Source: Chloroflexota bacterium
Lineage (GTDB): Bacteria > Chloroflexota > Limnocylindria > Limnocylindrales > CSP1-4
NCBI GenBank assembly: GCA_919901745.1
Contig: CAKKPP010000010.1
Location: 180-64,179 of the forward strand
Length of the DNA: 64,000 bases
Direction: 5' to 3'
Shown: positions 9,968 through 19,242 of the stretch, one piece after another
Position numbering within the stretch: the first letter of the stretch is position 1
Layout of the letters: each line of letters opens with the position of its first letter
Made by a program: the position numbers and the translations under genes
The notes under the pieces: generated by a model
Told to the model about the DNA's origin: nothing
The model's input: only the letters and a program-made list of their open reading frames with translations
Databases searched by the model: none

Positions 9968-11017
9968 ATGACGATCCCTGCCGCGGTCGAGCTCCAGATC
10001 GTCGAGATGCCCAAAGCGGAGCTCCACCTCCACCTCGACGGGTCGGTCCTGCTGGAAACGGCGCTCGAACTCGCCCGGACGCGCGGTGTGGACGCGCCGC
10101 GCGACGTCGACGGGATGCGAGCACGGCTTGTCGCGCCGCCGCGCTGTGTCGATCAGGCAGAGCTTCTGGGCGCCTTCGACCTGCCGATCGCGCTGCTCCA
10201 GGACGCGGAGGCGTTGTCGCGCGTCACCGAGGAGCTGGTCGTCGCGAAGGCGGCCGACGGTGTCCGCTACGTGGAGATCCGCTGGGGCCCGTTGCTCCAC
10301 GTCGAGCGCGGGCTGGCGCTTGCCGACGGGATCGCGGCGGTGTGCGACGGCGCGGACCGCGGTGCTGCCGCGGTGGTGGAGTCCGGCGGTCGAATCGTCG
10401 TCCGGCTCATCTGCACCGCCCTGCGCTCCCACGACCCGGACGAGAACGTTCGACTCGCGGACGTGGCCGGCCGATTCCGCGATCGGGGCCTCGTCGGCTG
10501 GGACCTTGCCGGACGCGAGGCGGAGTTCCCCGACCCCCTCGTGCACGCGCGTGCCTTCGAGGTGGCGCGGGCCGGCGGCCTGCGGATCACGCTGCACGCC
10601 GGCGAGTGGGGCGGCGCGGCGCAGGTGCGGCGTGCGCTTGCGCTGGAGCCGGAGCGGATCGCCCACGGTCCCGGAGCGATCGACGATTCGTCGCTCGTCG
10701 CCGAGTTGATCGCCCGAAACGTGACCCTCGACCTGTGCCCCACCTCCAACGTCCAGGCCGCCATTGTCCGGTCCCTTGCCGGCCATCCCCTCGCCCGTCT
10801 CCACCGCGCAGGCGTGCCGGTCACGCTGTCGACCGACGACCTCACGGTCTCGGACGTCACGCTGTCGGAGGAGTACCGGCGCGCCGTCGCCGAGATCGGC
10901 CTGACGCCGGCCGAACTCTGGGCGATCAACCGCCACGCCCTCGACGTCGCGTTTGCCGACGAGGCGACGTTGCGACCCGTGCGGGCCGCCTTCGACTCGT
11001 GGGCGAAGCAATCGTGA
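9968..11017 (+). CDS. add: Adenosine deaminase
   Basis: PKAELHLHLDGS, TLHAGE, RIAHG, CPTSN and STDD. Confidence 0.93.
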   Translation: MTIPAAVELQIVEMPKAELHLHLDGSVLLETALELARTRGVDAPRDVDGMRARLVAPPRCVDQAELLGAFDLPIALLQDAEALSRVTEELVVAKAADGVRYVEIRWGPLLHVERGLALADGIAAVCDGADRGAAAVVESGGRIVVRLICTALRSHDPDENVRLADVAGRFRDRGLVGWDLAGREAEFPDPLVHARAFEVARAGGLRITLHAGEWGGAAQVRRALALEPERIAHGPGAIDDSSLVAELIARNVTLDLCPTSNVQAAIVRSLAGHPLARLHRAGVPVTLSTDDLTVSDVTLSEEYRRAVAEIGLTPAELWAINRHALDVAFADEATLRPVRAAFDSWAKQS

Positions 11018-12060
11018 TGAAGTCTGCCCAGGCGTTCACGCCGATCCGGACCGCGCGTCTCCTGATCCGCGCGGTCACCACCGATGACGCCGCGTCGCTG
11101 GCCGCGCGTCGCAGCGACCCGGAGGTCGCGCGCTACCAGAGCTGGACGATCCCCTATCCGCTCGAGCGCGCCGAGGCGGTGGTCACGCAGGTCGCGGCGA
11201 TGGATGGTCCGGCCAACGACGCGTGGTGGATGGCGATCGTCTGCGACCCCGATACGGGCGAGGTCTTCGGTGACGTGGTGACCATGCTCACCTGTGAGGG
11301 CCATGCCGCCGAGGTCGGCTACACGTTCTTCCGCGAGCATTGGGGCAAGGGCTATGCGGTGGAGGCCGTCGAGGCGCTCATCGTCCACCTGCTCGCGGAG
11401 CTCCATGTGACCCGCGTGTTCGGAAGGTTGGACCCCGCCAATCCTGCCTCGGCGATGGTCATGGAGCGCTGCGGGCTCCTGTTCGAAGGCCATACGCGGT
11501 CCTCGTTCTGGGTGGGCGACGAGGCATCGGACGACTGGATCTACGGCATGACCCGTCCCGACTGGGAGGCGTGGCGCTCGCGACCCAGGACGCCGCCGAA
11601 GGATGTCCGGCTGGTCGAGGTGACCGTCGAGAACGAGCGAATCGTCTCGGTGCTGAAGACGCACAGGACGCAGGAGGCGTTCGTCGCCCCGATGGGCAGG
11701 TCCTTCACCGACGCGCTGTTCCCTCAGGTCGTCGATGGAGCGCCGGTCGTCCCCTGGCTGCGTGCGATCGAGGCCGACGGCGTGATCGTCGGGTTCGTGA
11801 TGCTCGCGCTTCGGACGGAGCACCATCCCGAACCATACCTGTGGCGGCTGCTCGTCGACCGCCTGCACCAGCGTCGCGGCATCGGCGGTCGGGCCCTCGC
11901 CCTCATCGAGGATGAGGTCCGGGCCATGGGCGATCGCACCCTGCTGGTCAGCTGGGGCGAGGGCAAGGGGTCGCCGCGGCCGTTCTACCTCGCCCACGGC
12001 TTCGAACCCACGGGCCGCGTGATCGACGAGGAAACGGAAGGGCGCAAGCCCCTGGCTTGA
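11017..12060 (+). CDS. Tandem GNAT acetyltransferase (RimJ-like + spermidine-acetyltransferase-like domains)
   Basis: Start coupled to the add stop (TGATG). Two acetyl-CoA motifs: HWGKGYA...NPAS and HQRRGIG...FYLAHGF. Confidence 0.85.
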   Translation: MKSAQAFTPIRTARLLIRAVTTDDAASLAARRSDPEVARYQSWTIPYPLERAEAVVTQVAAMDGPANDAWWMAIVCDPDTGEVFGDVVTMLTCEGHAAEVGYTFFREHWGKGYAVEAVEALIVHLLAELHVTRVFGRLDPANPASAMVMERCGLLFEGHTRSSFWVGDEASDDWIYGMTRPDWEAWRSRPRTPPKDVRLVEVTVENERIVSVLKTHRTQEAFVAPMGRSFTDALFPQVVDGAPVVPWLRAIEADGVIVGFVMLALRTEHHPEPYLWRLLVDRLHQRRGIGGRALALIEDEVRAMGDRTLLVSWGEGKGSPRPFYLAHGFEPTGRVIDEETEGRKPLA

Positions 12061-12121
12061 CCAGACCGCTTCCGGATCGCGCCGAGACGGACGGCACGGG
12101 CCGGCATGGCAAGATGCCGCC

Positions 12122-13489
12122 GTGATCTCGTCAATCGGTGTCGATCTGGATCGCGTCGCCGCGCTGGAGCGCGAAGAGACCGCGCGGTTCGTCAGCGAGC
12201 GGCCACGTTCGATGGCCCTCCTCGAGCGCTCCCGCCGCACCATGCCGCGCGGCGTCCCGATGGCCTGGATGGACGACCTGTACGAGCATCCGCCGGTCTT
12301 CGCCGACCGGGGCGAGGGCGCCCACTTCACCGACGTCGACGGACACACCTACCTCGACATGTACATCGCGGACATGAGCGGCTTCTGCGGCCATGCCCCG
12401 CCAGCCGTCGTCGAGGCGGTCGCGCGCCGGATGGCGCTCGGCAACCACTTCCTCCTCCCAGGCGAGGATGCCATCGCTGTCGCGGAGCACCTCGTCGAGC
12501 GATATGGCATGCCGCAATGGCAGTTCACGCTCAGCGCCACGCAGGCGAACACCGAGGTCATCCGGCTCGCTCGGCAGGCCACGGGTCGTGAGGTCATCGT
12601 CCTGTTCGACGGGAAGTACCACGGCCACGGCGACGCCACCCTCGTGGTCCTCGATGACGGCGAGATCGTCGCGGAGGAGAGCGGGCTTCCGCCCTGGGTG
12701 ACCCGCGATGCGCGGATCGTCCAGTTCAACGACATCGCCGCGCTCGAAGCCGCGCTGGCGCCACGCGACGTTGCCCTCGTGATGACCGAGCCGGTCATGA
12801 CGAACGCGGGCGTCATCCGGCCCGACCCCGGATTCCACGAGGCGTTGCGACGGCTCAGCCGTGTCGCCGGCACACTGCTCGCGATCGACGAGACGCATTC
12901 GCTCGTGGGCGCGTACGGCGGCTTCACGCGCGAATTCGGGCTCGAACCGGACCTGTTGACGATCGGCAAGTCGATCGCGGCAGGTGTCCCGCTCGGCGCC
13001 TACGGCATGACGGGGGCGGTCGCCGCGCTCATCACGCCACCGGATGAGGCCTTCGTTGTCATGGGCGTGCCGGTCGCCGAGATGGCGCTCGGCGGCACCC
13101 TGTTCGCCAACGCGCTGTCGATGGCCGCCGGTCGCGCGGCCCTGCTCGACGTCCTCACGCCCGGGGCCTTTGAGCGCGCGCGGGCGCTCGGTTCGCGGAT
13201 GGCGGACGGCCTCGAGGCGGCCATTCGCGCCGCCGGCCTGCCGTGGAGCGTGGCCAGGATGGGGCCGCACGCCTACTACAGCTTTGCCCCCACCCCGGCC
13301 GGGAATGCGATCGAATCGCGGGCCAACGACCACCCCGGCCTGCGTGCGTTCATGCGCGTCTGGATGGCCAACCGTGGCATCTGGGAATCCGGCTGGTGGC
13401 TCGGCCCGACGGTCTCGCTCGCCCACACCGCCGACGACATCGACCTGTACGTGGAGCGCTTCGCGGAGTGTCTCGAAGCGATCAGCTGA
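12122..13489 (+). CDS. Class III PLP aminotransferase (GSA-aminomutase-like)
   Basis: DVDGHTYLD, YHGH, TEPVMTN, DETHS, GKSIAAG and GGTLFAN. Confidence 0.88.
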   Translation: MISSIGVDLDRVAALEREETARFVSERPRSMALLERSRRTMPRGVPMAWMDDLYEHPPVFADRGEGAHFTDVDGHTYLDMYIADMSGFCGHAPPAVVEAVARRMALGNHFLLPGEDAIAVAEHLVERYGMPQWQFTLSATQANTEVIRLARQATGREVIVLFDGKYHGHGDATLVVLDDGEIVAEESGLPPWVTRDARIVQFNDIAALEAALAPRDVALVMTEPVMTNAGVIRPDPGFHEALRRLSRVAGTLLAIDETHSLVGAYGGFTREFGLEPDLLTIGKSIAAGVPLGAYGMTGAVAALITPPDEAFVVMGVPVAEMALGGTLFANALSMAAGRAALLDVLTPGAFERARALGSRMADGLEAAIRAAGLPWSVARMGPHAYYSFAPTPAGNAIESRANDHPGLRAFMRVWMANRGIWESGWWLGPTVSLAHTADDIDLYVERFAECLEAIS

Positions 13490-14330
13490 CCGCGCTGGCC
13501 ATCGACTGCAGGATCGCCGCCAGCTCGGCGGCATCGTGGGCAACCGCGTCGGGCCGTTCGTCGGCGGGGAGGGCGTCGTGCTGCTCGCGCGTCGAGACCC
13601 CGGTCAGCATGAGGATCGCCCGCGCCCCGGCGGCGTGGGCCGCGGCGATGTCGGTGTCGAGGCCGTCGCCGATCATCACCGCGTCGCTCGCACGGCGCCC
13701 GACTGTCGCAGCCGCGACCTCGAGGAGGTGCGGGCCGGGCTTGCCGATGACATCGGGGATTGCCTGCGCGGCGGCCTCGACCGCGGCGACGATGCTCCCG
13801 GCTCCCGGTCGCAACCCGCGCTCGGTGGGATAGATGGGGTCCCGATTCGTGGCGATGAAGCGGGCACCGGAGCGGATGCAGTCGGCCGCCACGGCCAGGC
13901 GCAGGTACGTGATCTGCGGGTCCAGGCCGACCACCACGACGTCCGGGGCGCCGGCGGCCTCCCAGCCGCTGATCCCCTCCTGCGCCATCCGTGTCGCCGC
14001 GTGGCCCGCCGTCACCACGTCCAGCCCGACGTCGCGCAGCTCGCGCTCCAGGCCGCTGGCCCCCAGCGCGAGGACGCGCCGCGCGGCCGGATGGTGCTCG
14101 CGGATGTGGAGGGCGGTGGCGCGTGGCGCGGACACGACACGATCGGCAGTCACCGGCGCACCCATGCCGGCAAGCCGGGTGACGTAGTCGGCGCGGTAAT
14201 GCATCGAGTTGTTCGTGACGTAGACGACGTCATCGCCGAGCGCGGCGCGAGCGGCGAGCACCGCGGCGACGCCCGGGACGGGTTCGCTACCGCGATAGAC
14301 GACGCCGTCAAGATCGACGAGGAGGAGCAT
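13482..14330 (-). CDS. HAD-IIA hydrolase (NagD-like)
   Basis: DLDGVVY, VTNN, IGKP and MIGDGLDTDI. Confidence 0.92.
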   Translation of the reverse strand: MLLLVDLDGVVYRGSEPVPGVAAVLAARAALGDDVVYVTNNSMHYRADYVTRLAGMGAPVTADRVVSAPRATALHIREHHPAARRVLALGASGLERELRDVGLDVVTAGHAATRMAQEGISGWEAAGAPDVVVVGLDPQITYLRLAVAADCIRSGARFIATNRDPIYPTERGLRPGAGSIVAAVEAAAQAIPDVIGKPGPHLLEVAAATVGRRASDAVMIGDGLDTDIAAAHAAGARAILMLTGVSTREQHDALPADERPDAVAHDAAELAAILQSMASAVS

Positions 14331-14361
14331 GGCTCCGATCGTAGCCGGTTACGATGATCCG

Positions 14362-15030
14362 GTGACCCCCAGCGGACCCGCACGTCCCTCGCGTCCCTCG
14401 CGTCCCGCCGACCCCCTCGCCCAGACGGAGCTGCTGCTGGTCGACGCCACCAATCTCGCCCATGTGCTGGCCCGGGCGTCCGGCGGGGCGACGGCGGTGG
14501 CGCTGGTGGCCAGGATTCGCAGCCTGATCCCGCCGGCCGTGACGATCGAGCTGGTGTTCGACGGCGCTGCGGAACCGGGGATGCGCGGCATCCGCATCGC
14601 CTCGGGGGTGACGGTCCGCTACGGCGGCCGCCAGAGCGCGGACGCGGTCATCGTCGAACGAGTGACCGCGGAAGCCAGGAACGCGGGGCCGGTAGGTGCG
14701 GCAGCCATCCTCGTCGTCACCGACGCTCGCGAACTGCGCGACCTTGTCCGCGTCCGCGGTGCGCGCACGGCCGGCGCCTCGTGGCTCGCGTCGCGCCTCG
14801 ATCGTTCGGGGCTGGCTGCGCCGGCGGCCGTCGGAAATCCGCGCCCGCCGGCTCCGTCCACCGGCTCAGGCCACGACCGCGGCCGCGGCAACGACGACGG
14901 CCGGGACGTCGACGGCGAAGGCGACGGCGATGAGAACGCACGACCGGGATGGAAAGCGGGGCGCGGCGCGACCACGAAACGCGGGAATCCGCGACGCAAA
15001 GCCCGTGGCGCGAGGCGACCACCGGGATAG
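14362..15030 (+). CDS. NYN/YacP-like PIN-fold RNase-domain protein with disordered basic tail
   Basis: LLVDATNL, VFDG, SADAVI and VVTDAREL. Confidence 0.7.
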   Translation: MTPSGPARPSRPSRPADPLAQTELLLVDATNLAHVLARASGGATAVALVARIRSLIPPAVTIELVFDGAAEPGMRGIRIASGVTVRYGGRQSADAVIVERVTAEARNAGPVGAAAILVVTDARELRDLVRVRGARTAGASWLASRLDRSGLAAPAAVGNPRPPAPSTGSGHDRGRGNDDGRDVDGEGDGDENARPGWKAGRGATTKRGNPRRKARGARRPPG

Positions 15031-15065
15031 CGCTCGGGAGCGGCGACCCCTGCTACGATGCGCCC

Positions 15066-15542
15066 GTGATCGACGCCCTTCAGAACCTCTGGCACCAGAT
15101 CCTCGACGTCCTGAGCCTCTTCATCATCCCGGACTGGGGCGAGGTGATCAACCTCATCCCGCTGCTCCTGCTCGCCGGCCTGATCGGCCCGTTGCTCACG
15201 ATCGCCGCCCTGGTCTGGTTCGTCTATGCGGTGCGCCGCCCGCGGACGGGCGTCCAGATCCTCGAGGGCCCGGATCGCGCCCAAATTGGCGCCGACGGGC
15301 AGCCGATCTTCCCCACCGCCGAGCCGTACTGTCACCGTGATGCGCTCATCTACCCGGCGGGGGCAACCCACTGCGACGAGTGCCGCGACGACCTCCTGGT
15401 GCGCTGTCCGAAATGCTCGGTCGGTCGCGTCGCCACGATGGCCGCCTGTGGCAACTGCGGGCTGGAACTCAACCTGAAGGCCCGGGTCCGGACGGTCTCG
15501 CGGATCGCCGGTCCCCCACCGGGTGGAGCCGCAATCGCCTGA
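15066..15542 (+). CDS. Small membrane protein with double zinc ribbon
   Basis: N-terminal TM, then CHRD, CDEC, CPKC and CGNC. Confidence 0.7.
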   Translation: MIDALQNLWHQILDVLSLFIIPDWGEVINLIPLLLLAGLIGPLLTIAALVWFVYAVRRPRTGVQILEGPDRAQIGADGQPIFPTAEPYCHRDALIYPAGATHCDECRDDLLVRCPKCSVGRVATMAACGNCGLELNLKARVRTVSRIAGPPPGGAAIA

Positions 15543-15614
15543 CCGCCCGGTCGCGGGCGCCGGTCCCGCGGCCGTGGCACCAGCAAGACCCAACCGAGCG
15601 TCCACGAGGAACAC

Positions 15615-16556
15615 ATGGAAAGCGCGTCCCTGGCCCTGTTCGCCGTCGGCTCCATCCTCCTCGCGCTCGGCTTCGCGGCGCACGTTGGGCACTCCGTGCT
15701 CCTGGCGAACGGCCGCCGCGCGCTGGCCCTCGCCGTCGCGCGACAGGAGCCGGCCTTTGCCGGAGCGGTTTCGGGATCGTTTGTGACGGCGCGCGCGGCG
15801 GCAACCGAGGCCTCCGCGGCGTCCATCAGCGGTGCATCGAGCCCGCTCTCGGGGGCCGCCCTGTGGACGACCGTCGCCGCCACGCTGGTCATCGGCGCGT
15901 CGCTGCTCCTCCGGGCGATCGTCGTCCAGCGCGGACCATGGGGCAACCTCTTCGAGTTCAGCGTCGCCTTCGGCTTCTCGATCGTCGTCGGCTACCTGGT
16001 CCTCGGGCGTCGATTCCCGATCCGCTCGATCGGCTTCATCCCCGTCGGAGTCGCCTTCGCCCTGATCCTCTACGCCTCGAGCCTGCCGTCGCCCATCGAG
16101 CCGCTCGTGCCGGCGCTGCAGAACGCGCCGCTGCTGACGATCCACGTCGGGCTCGCCGTCATCAGCTACGGCATCTTCGCGACGAGCTTTGCCGCGGGGA
16201 TCGGCTATCTCATCCAGGGAACCGGCGACCGGTTCGCCTGGCTGCCCGGCCATCGCGTGCTGGATGCCCTCGCCTACCGGGCCGTGGTGATCGGCTTTCC
16301 GATCTTTGCCACGATGATCATCCTGGGGTCGTGGTGGGCGGCCATCGCCTGGTCGCGCTACTGGGGCTGGGACCCCAAGGAGACCGCGGCGCTCGTGACC
16401 TGGCTGACCTACGCGATCTATCTCCACGCCCGCAACCAGCGCTCGTGGGCCGGCCGGCCCGCGGCCCTGCTGCTCGTGATCGGCTTCGTGATGGTCCTCG
16501 TGACCTATTCGGGGTCGCTCTGGTTCAGCGGCCTCCACGCCTACAGCGGCCTCTAG
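15615..16556 (+). CDS. ccsB: Cytochrome c biogenesis system II heme channel (CcsA/ResC type)
   Basis: WWD domain GSWWAAIAWSRYWGWDPKET, LTIHV and GLHAY. Confidence 0.92.
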   Translation: MESASLALFAVGSILLALGFAAHVGHSVLLANGRRALALAVARQEPAFAGAVSGSFVTARAAATEASAASISGASSPLSGAALWTTVAATLVIGASLLLRAIVVQRGPWGNLFEFSVAFGFSIVVGYLVLGRRFPIRSIGFIPVGVAFALILYASSLPSPIEPLVPALQNAPLLTIHVGLAVISYGIFATSFAAGIGYLIQGTGDRFAWLPGHRVLDALAYRAVVIGFPIFATMIILGSWWAAIAWSRYWGWDPKETAALVTWLTYAIYLHARNQRSWAGRPAALLLVIGFVMVLVTYSGSLWFSGLHAYSGL

Positions 16557-16593
16557 CCCCGCCGCGGGTCGCAGGCCCCCTCGAGGGCCGGCG

Positions 16594-18519
16594 TCAGCGG
16601 CGCGGCGCCTCCACGCGGCGCAATGTGTCGCGGATGACAACACCGCCCGCGGCAAACGCCGCCGCGATCAGCCCAAGGACGACGGCGAGGCGCATCGGAT
16701 CGACACCGTCCCCGGACGCGCTGCCGGTCGGATCGGCTGCACCCGGGCCACCGCCCGCGGCCCCGGGTTCGTTCCCGCCGCCGCCGGCTGCCGGATCCAG
16801 GTCACCCGTCACCTGACCATCCCCGTCCCCGGCTGACCCAGCCGCCAGCACAACGACCGTCCCGATCATCTGGGGGTGGAGCGCACAGACGTAGTCGACG
16901 GCGCCCGGCTTCGTGAAGGTCCGCGTGTACTCGTCGCCCGCATCGATGAACCCCGAATCGAAGGTGCCGTCGGTGGCGGTCACGGTGTGGATCGCCACCC
17001 CGACGTTGTGCCAGCGCACCGTCGTCCCGGCGGAAACGGTGAGCACGAGCGGATCGAACGCGAAATCGAGCATCCGGGCATCGGCGATCCCCGGCGGAGC
17101 GGACGACCCCGGCCCGACTCCGCCGCCGCCGGGACCTGGCGTCGGGATCGGTGCCGGGGGCGGGACCTGGCCGTCTGCGGCAGCGACGAGGACGGAGCCG
17201 GTCATGTCTGGATGGAGCGAGCAGAGATAGAGGAACGTTCCTGGCGTCTCGAAGGTCCGGGTGTACCGCCCGCCGGCGGCGATGATGCGACTGTCGAAGG
17301 CTCCGGTCCGCGACGTCACGGTGTGCGGGGCGACGCCCTCGTTCACCCATGTCACCGCGCTCCCGGCGGTCACCCTGATCGATGTCGGTGAGAACGCGAA
17401 GTCGAGGATCCGGGCGGCCCCCGGCGGCGCCGTCGGGCGGGGCGTCGGGGGAACCGTCGGCAGCGCAGGTGGCGCAGTCGCGCCCGGGGCCGGCGCGACG
17501 CGCACGACACCGGTCATGGATGGGTGCAGGACGCACAGGTAGGGGAACGTGCCGGGAACGCCGAACAGTCGAGCGAAGCTGGCCCCGGCAGCCATGAGTC
17601 CGCTGTCGAAGCTCCCGTCGGTCGCCGTCACGGTGTGGAGCGCGATCCCGCGATTGGCCCATGTCACCCGCGTCCCCACGACGATGTCGATCGTCGCGGG
17701 GCTGAACGCGAAGTCGATCGCCGACACGTCGGAGGGACTCGGCGGGGGCGGCACCGGGGTCGGAGCCGGAGCGGGTGGCGCCGTCGTGCCGGGCGCGGGT
17801 GTCACCGCCACGGTCCCGGTCATGTCGGGGTGAATGACACACAGGTAGGCGAAGGTGCCGGCCACGGTGAAGGTCCGGACAAACGTGGCGCCGGTCCCCA
17901 TGAGCCCGCTGTCAAACGACGCATCGCGGGCGGTCACCGTGTGATCACGGCCGTCGTCGTTGAGCCAGGTCACGCGACCGCCCGCGGCGATTGTGATCGT
18001 CGCCGGTCGAAACACGCGGCCGGCCATCGTCACGGTCGCGCCGGCCGGCGGCGGGGTCGCGCCGGGTGGAGCCGGGGTCGGGCTGACCCCGGGTGGCGGG
18101 GTCACGAGGTTGACGGTGATCGTGCCCCAGTAATTCGAGAGGTTCGGGTCGCGCTCGTCGCGGTACGCGTACGTCCCGGTCTCGGAGAACGTGAACGAGA
18201 ACGTCGCTCCCGGGTCCAGGTTGCCCGAATCGAATTCGGCCGGACCACTCGTGGATCGCATGCGATGGCGGGTGCCATCGTCGTTGCGCCAGGTCACCGT
18301 GTCCCCGGGACCGATCGTGACGACGGCCGGATTGAGGCTCGACGTGATCACCACCAGCTGGCTGGCCGCGAGCGCGGCGCGCGGTGGGCCCGCGACCACG
18401 GCAGCGGCGGCGGCAGCCGCCACGGCGATGGCCGTGGACAGCACGACCGGGAGCAGGGCGCGCGCGCCCACCAATCCGCGATGTGTCGTGGCGCGGCGCC
18501 TTACCGCCCTCGGGTCCAA
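16594..18519 (-). CDS. Secreted, C-terminally anchored protein with five tandem cupredoxin (plastocyanin/amicyanin-like) domains
   Basis: Five repeats of VTWxNx4H...FDSG...G, four ending in C-x2-H-P-x-M. Pro-rich linkers, signal peptide and C-terminal TM; start uncertain. Confidence 0.88.
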   Translation of the reverse strand: MDPRAVRRRATTHRGLVGARALLPVVLSTAIAVAAAAAAAVVAGPPRAALAASQLVVITSSLNPAVVTIGPGDTVTWRNDDGTRHRMRSTSGPAEFDSGNLDPGATFSFTFSETGTYAYRDERDPNLSNYWGTITVNLVTPPPGVSPTPAPPGATPPPAGATVTMAGRVFRPATITIAAGGRVTWLNDDGRDHTVTARDASFDSGLMGTGATFVRTFTVAGTFAYLCVIHPDMTGTVAVTPAPGTTAPPAPAPTPVPPPPSPSDVSAIDFAFSPATIDIVVGTRVTWANRGIALHTVTATDGSFDSGLMAAGASFARLFGVPGTFPYLCVLHPSMTGVVRVAPAPGATAPPALPTVPPTPRPTAPPGAARILDFAFSPTSIRVTAGSAVTWVNEGVAPHTVTSRTGAFDSRIIAAGGRYTRTFETPGTFLYLCSLHPDMTGSVLVAAADGQVPPPAPIPTPGPGGGGVGPGSSAPPGIADARMLDFAFDPLVLTVSAGTTVRWHNVGVAIHTVTATDGTFDSGFIDAGDEYTRTFTKPGAVDYVCALHPQMIGTVVVLAAGSAGDGDGQVTGDLDPAAGGGGNEPGAAGGGPGAADPTGSASGDGVDPMRLAVVLGLIAAAFAAGGVVIRDTLRRVEAPRR

Positions 18520-18748
18520 TTGAACAACGACGTCGCCGATGCGGGCCTCCCACTGCTTCGAGGCGATCCCCGACCGAAAGGTTTCAGCAGGCCAATCTGG
18601 CAGCCTGCGTGCAGCCGATGGCGGCGCGAGGGCTCATCCATAGCGTACGAGTCCCGCGCCCCGCCGGTTCCCTCGGGATCACGATTCAGCACGTCCGTGC
18701 TATTGCTCGTCGGCAGCGACCGATCCTGCGAGGCCCAACACGTGGAAC

Positions 18749-18779
18749 GCGCCCGCGATCGACGAGCGATCGCGGGCGC
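18749..18779. repeat. Perfect 13-bp inverted repeat in the divergent intergenic region
   Basis: gcgcccgcgatcg-acgag-cgatcgcgggcgc. Confidence 0.6.
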
Positions 18780-18835
18780 CGGAGATCGCCCTGGACGCGG
18801 AGCGGTCAAGGCCAGCGGATCGACCTTTCAACGGT

Positions 18836-18887
18836 CCGTCCACAGGCCGGCCGGACCTCTCCACAGCGATGATGCACCTTATCCACG
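18836..18887 (+). promoter_or_regulatory. Three DnaA-box-like 9-mers upstream of nrdJ
   Basis: CCGTCCACA (18836), CTCTCCACA (18857) and TTATCCACG (18879), spaced 21-22 bp. Confidence 0.5.
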
Positions 18888-18899
18888 GAATGTCCCCTA

Positions 18900-18948
18900 C
18901 CGCTACATGTAGCGGTAGGTACGGCAACTGGACCACAACATCTTGTGG
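18900..18948. promoter_or_regulatory. Tandem NrdR boxes
   Basis: ccgCTACATGTAGcgg (18900-18915) and ccaCAACATCTTGtgg (18933-18948) match the NrdR consensus acaCwAtATaTwGtgt, upstream of an RNR gene. Confidence 0.85.
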
Positions 18949-18956
18949 TTTTGGTC

Positions 18957-18985
18957 TTGACTCGGTCGCCCGCTCGACGTATCGT
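18957..18985 (+). promoter_or_regulatory. Sigma70-type promoter of nrdJ
   Basis: TTGACT-17 nt-TATCGT directly after the NrdR boxes. Confidence 0.65.
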
Positions 18986-19242
18986 AAGCGGATCGCTCGA
19001 ATGCGAGCGCCGGACCGCTCCGCGGCCGCTCAGCGCCGTCGATCGGACCCCGATCCGGGACCCCGACAAGACGTCCGCTGACGCCCCGAGGCCACGGAAC
19101 ACCGGCACGAGATGGAGCGAACGGCCGGGACCGTCGCAGCTACGAGGTGAGCTGCCAACGGGTTCGACCGATGCGGATCCCCGGCCGCATGGTGCGGTCG
19201 GGAGAAGGCGAGGAGACCGGACTTCCGGGAGGAGATCAGACG

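Noticed and set aside
8716-11016. 1114-aa ORF suggesting a giant GNAT fusion
   Set aside because: The upstream part is an Arg/Gly-rich off-frame shadow over pepA, the hypothetical gene and add; the real gene starts at 11017.
18540-18700. c-di-AMP (ydaO) riboswitch upstream of the cupredoxin gene (GCTGAATC...GGGAACCGG on the minus strand)
   Set aside because: The conserved 3' GTCAGCTAAC element is absent.
19090-19235. Cobalamin riboswitch in the nrdJ leader (GCCACGG...GGGAGAAGG...GGAGACC)
   Set aside because: Lacks the AGGGAA/GGTG-AA-TCC and GCCCCCGC-ACTGT core; the resemblance is only partial.
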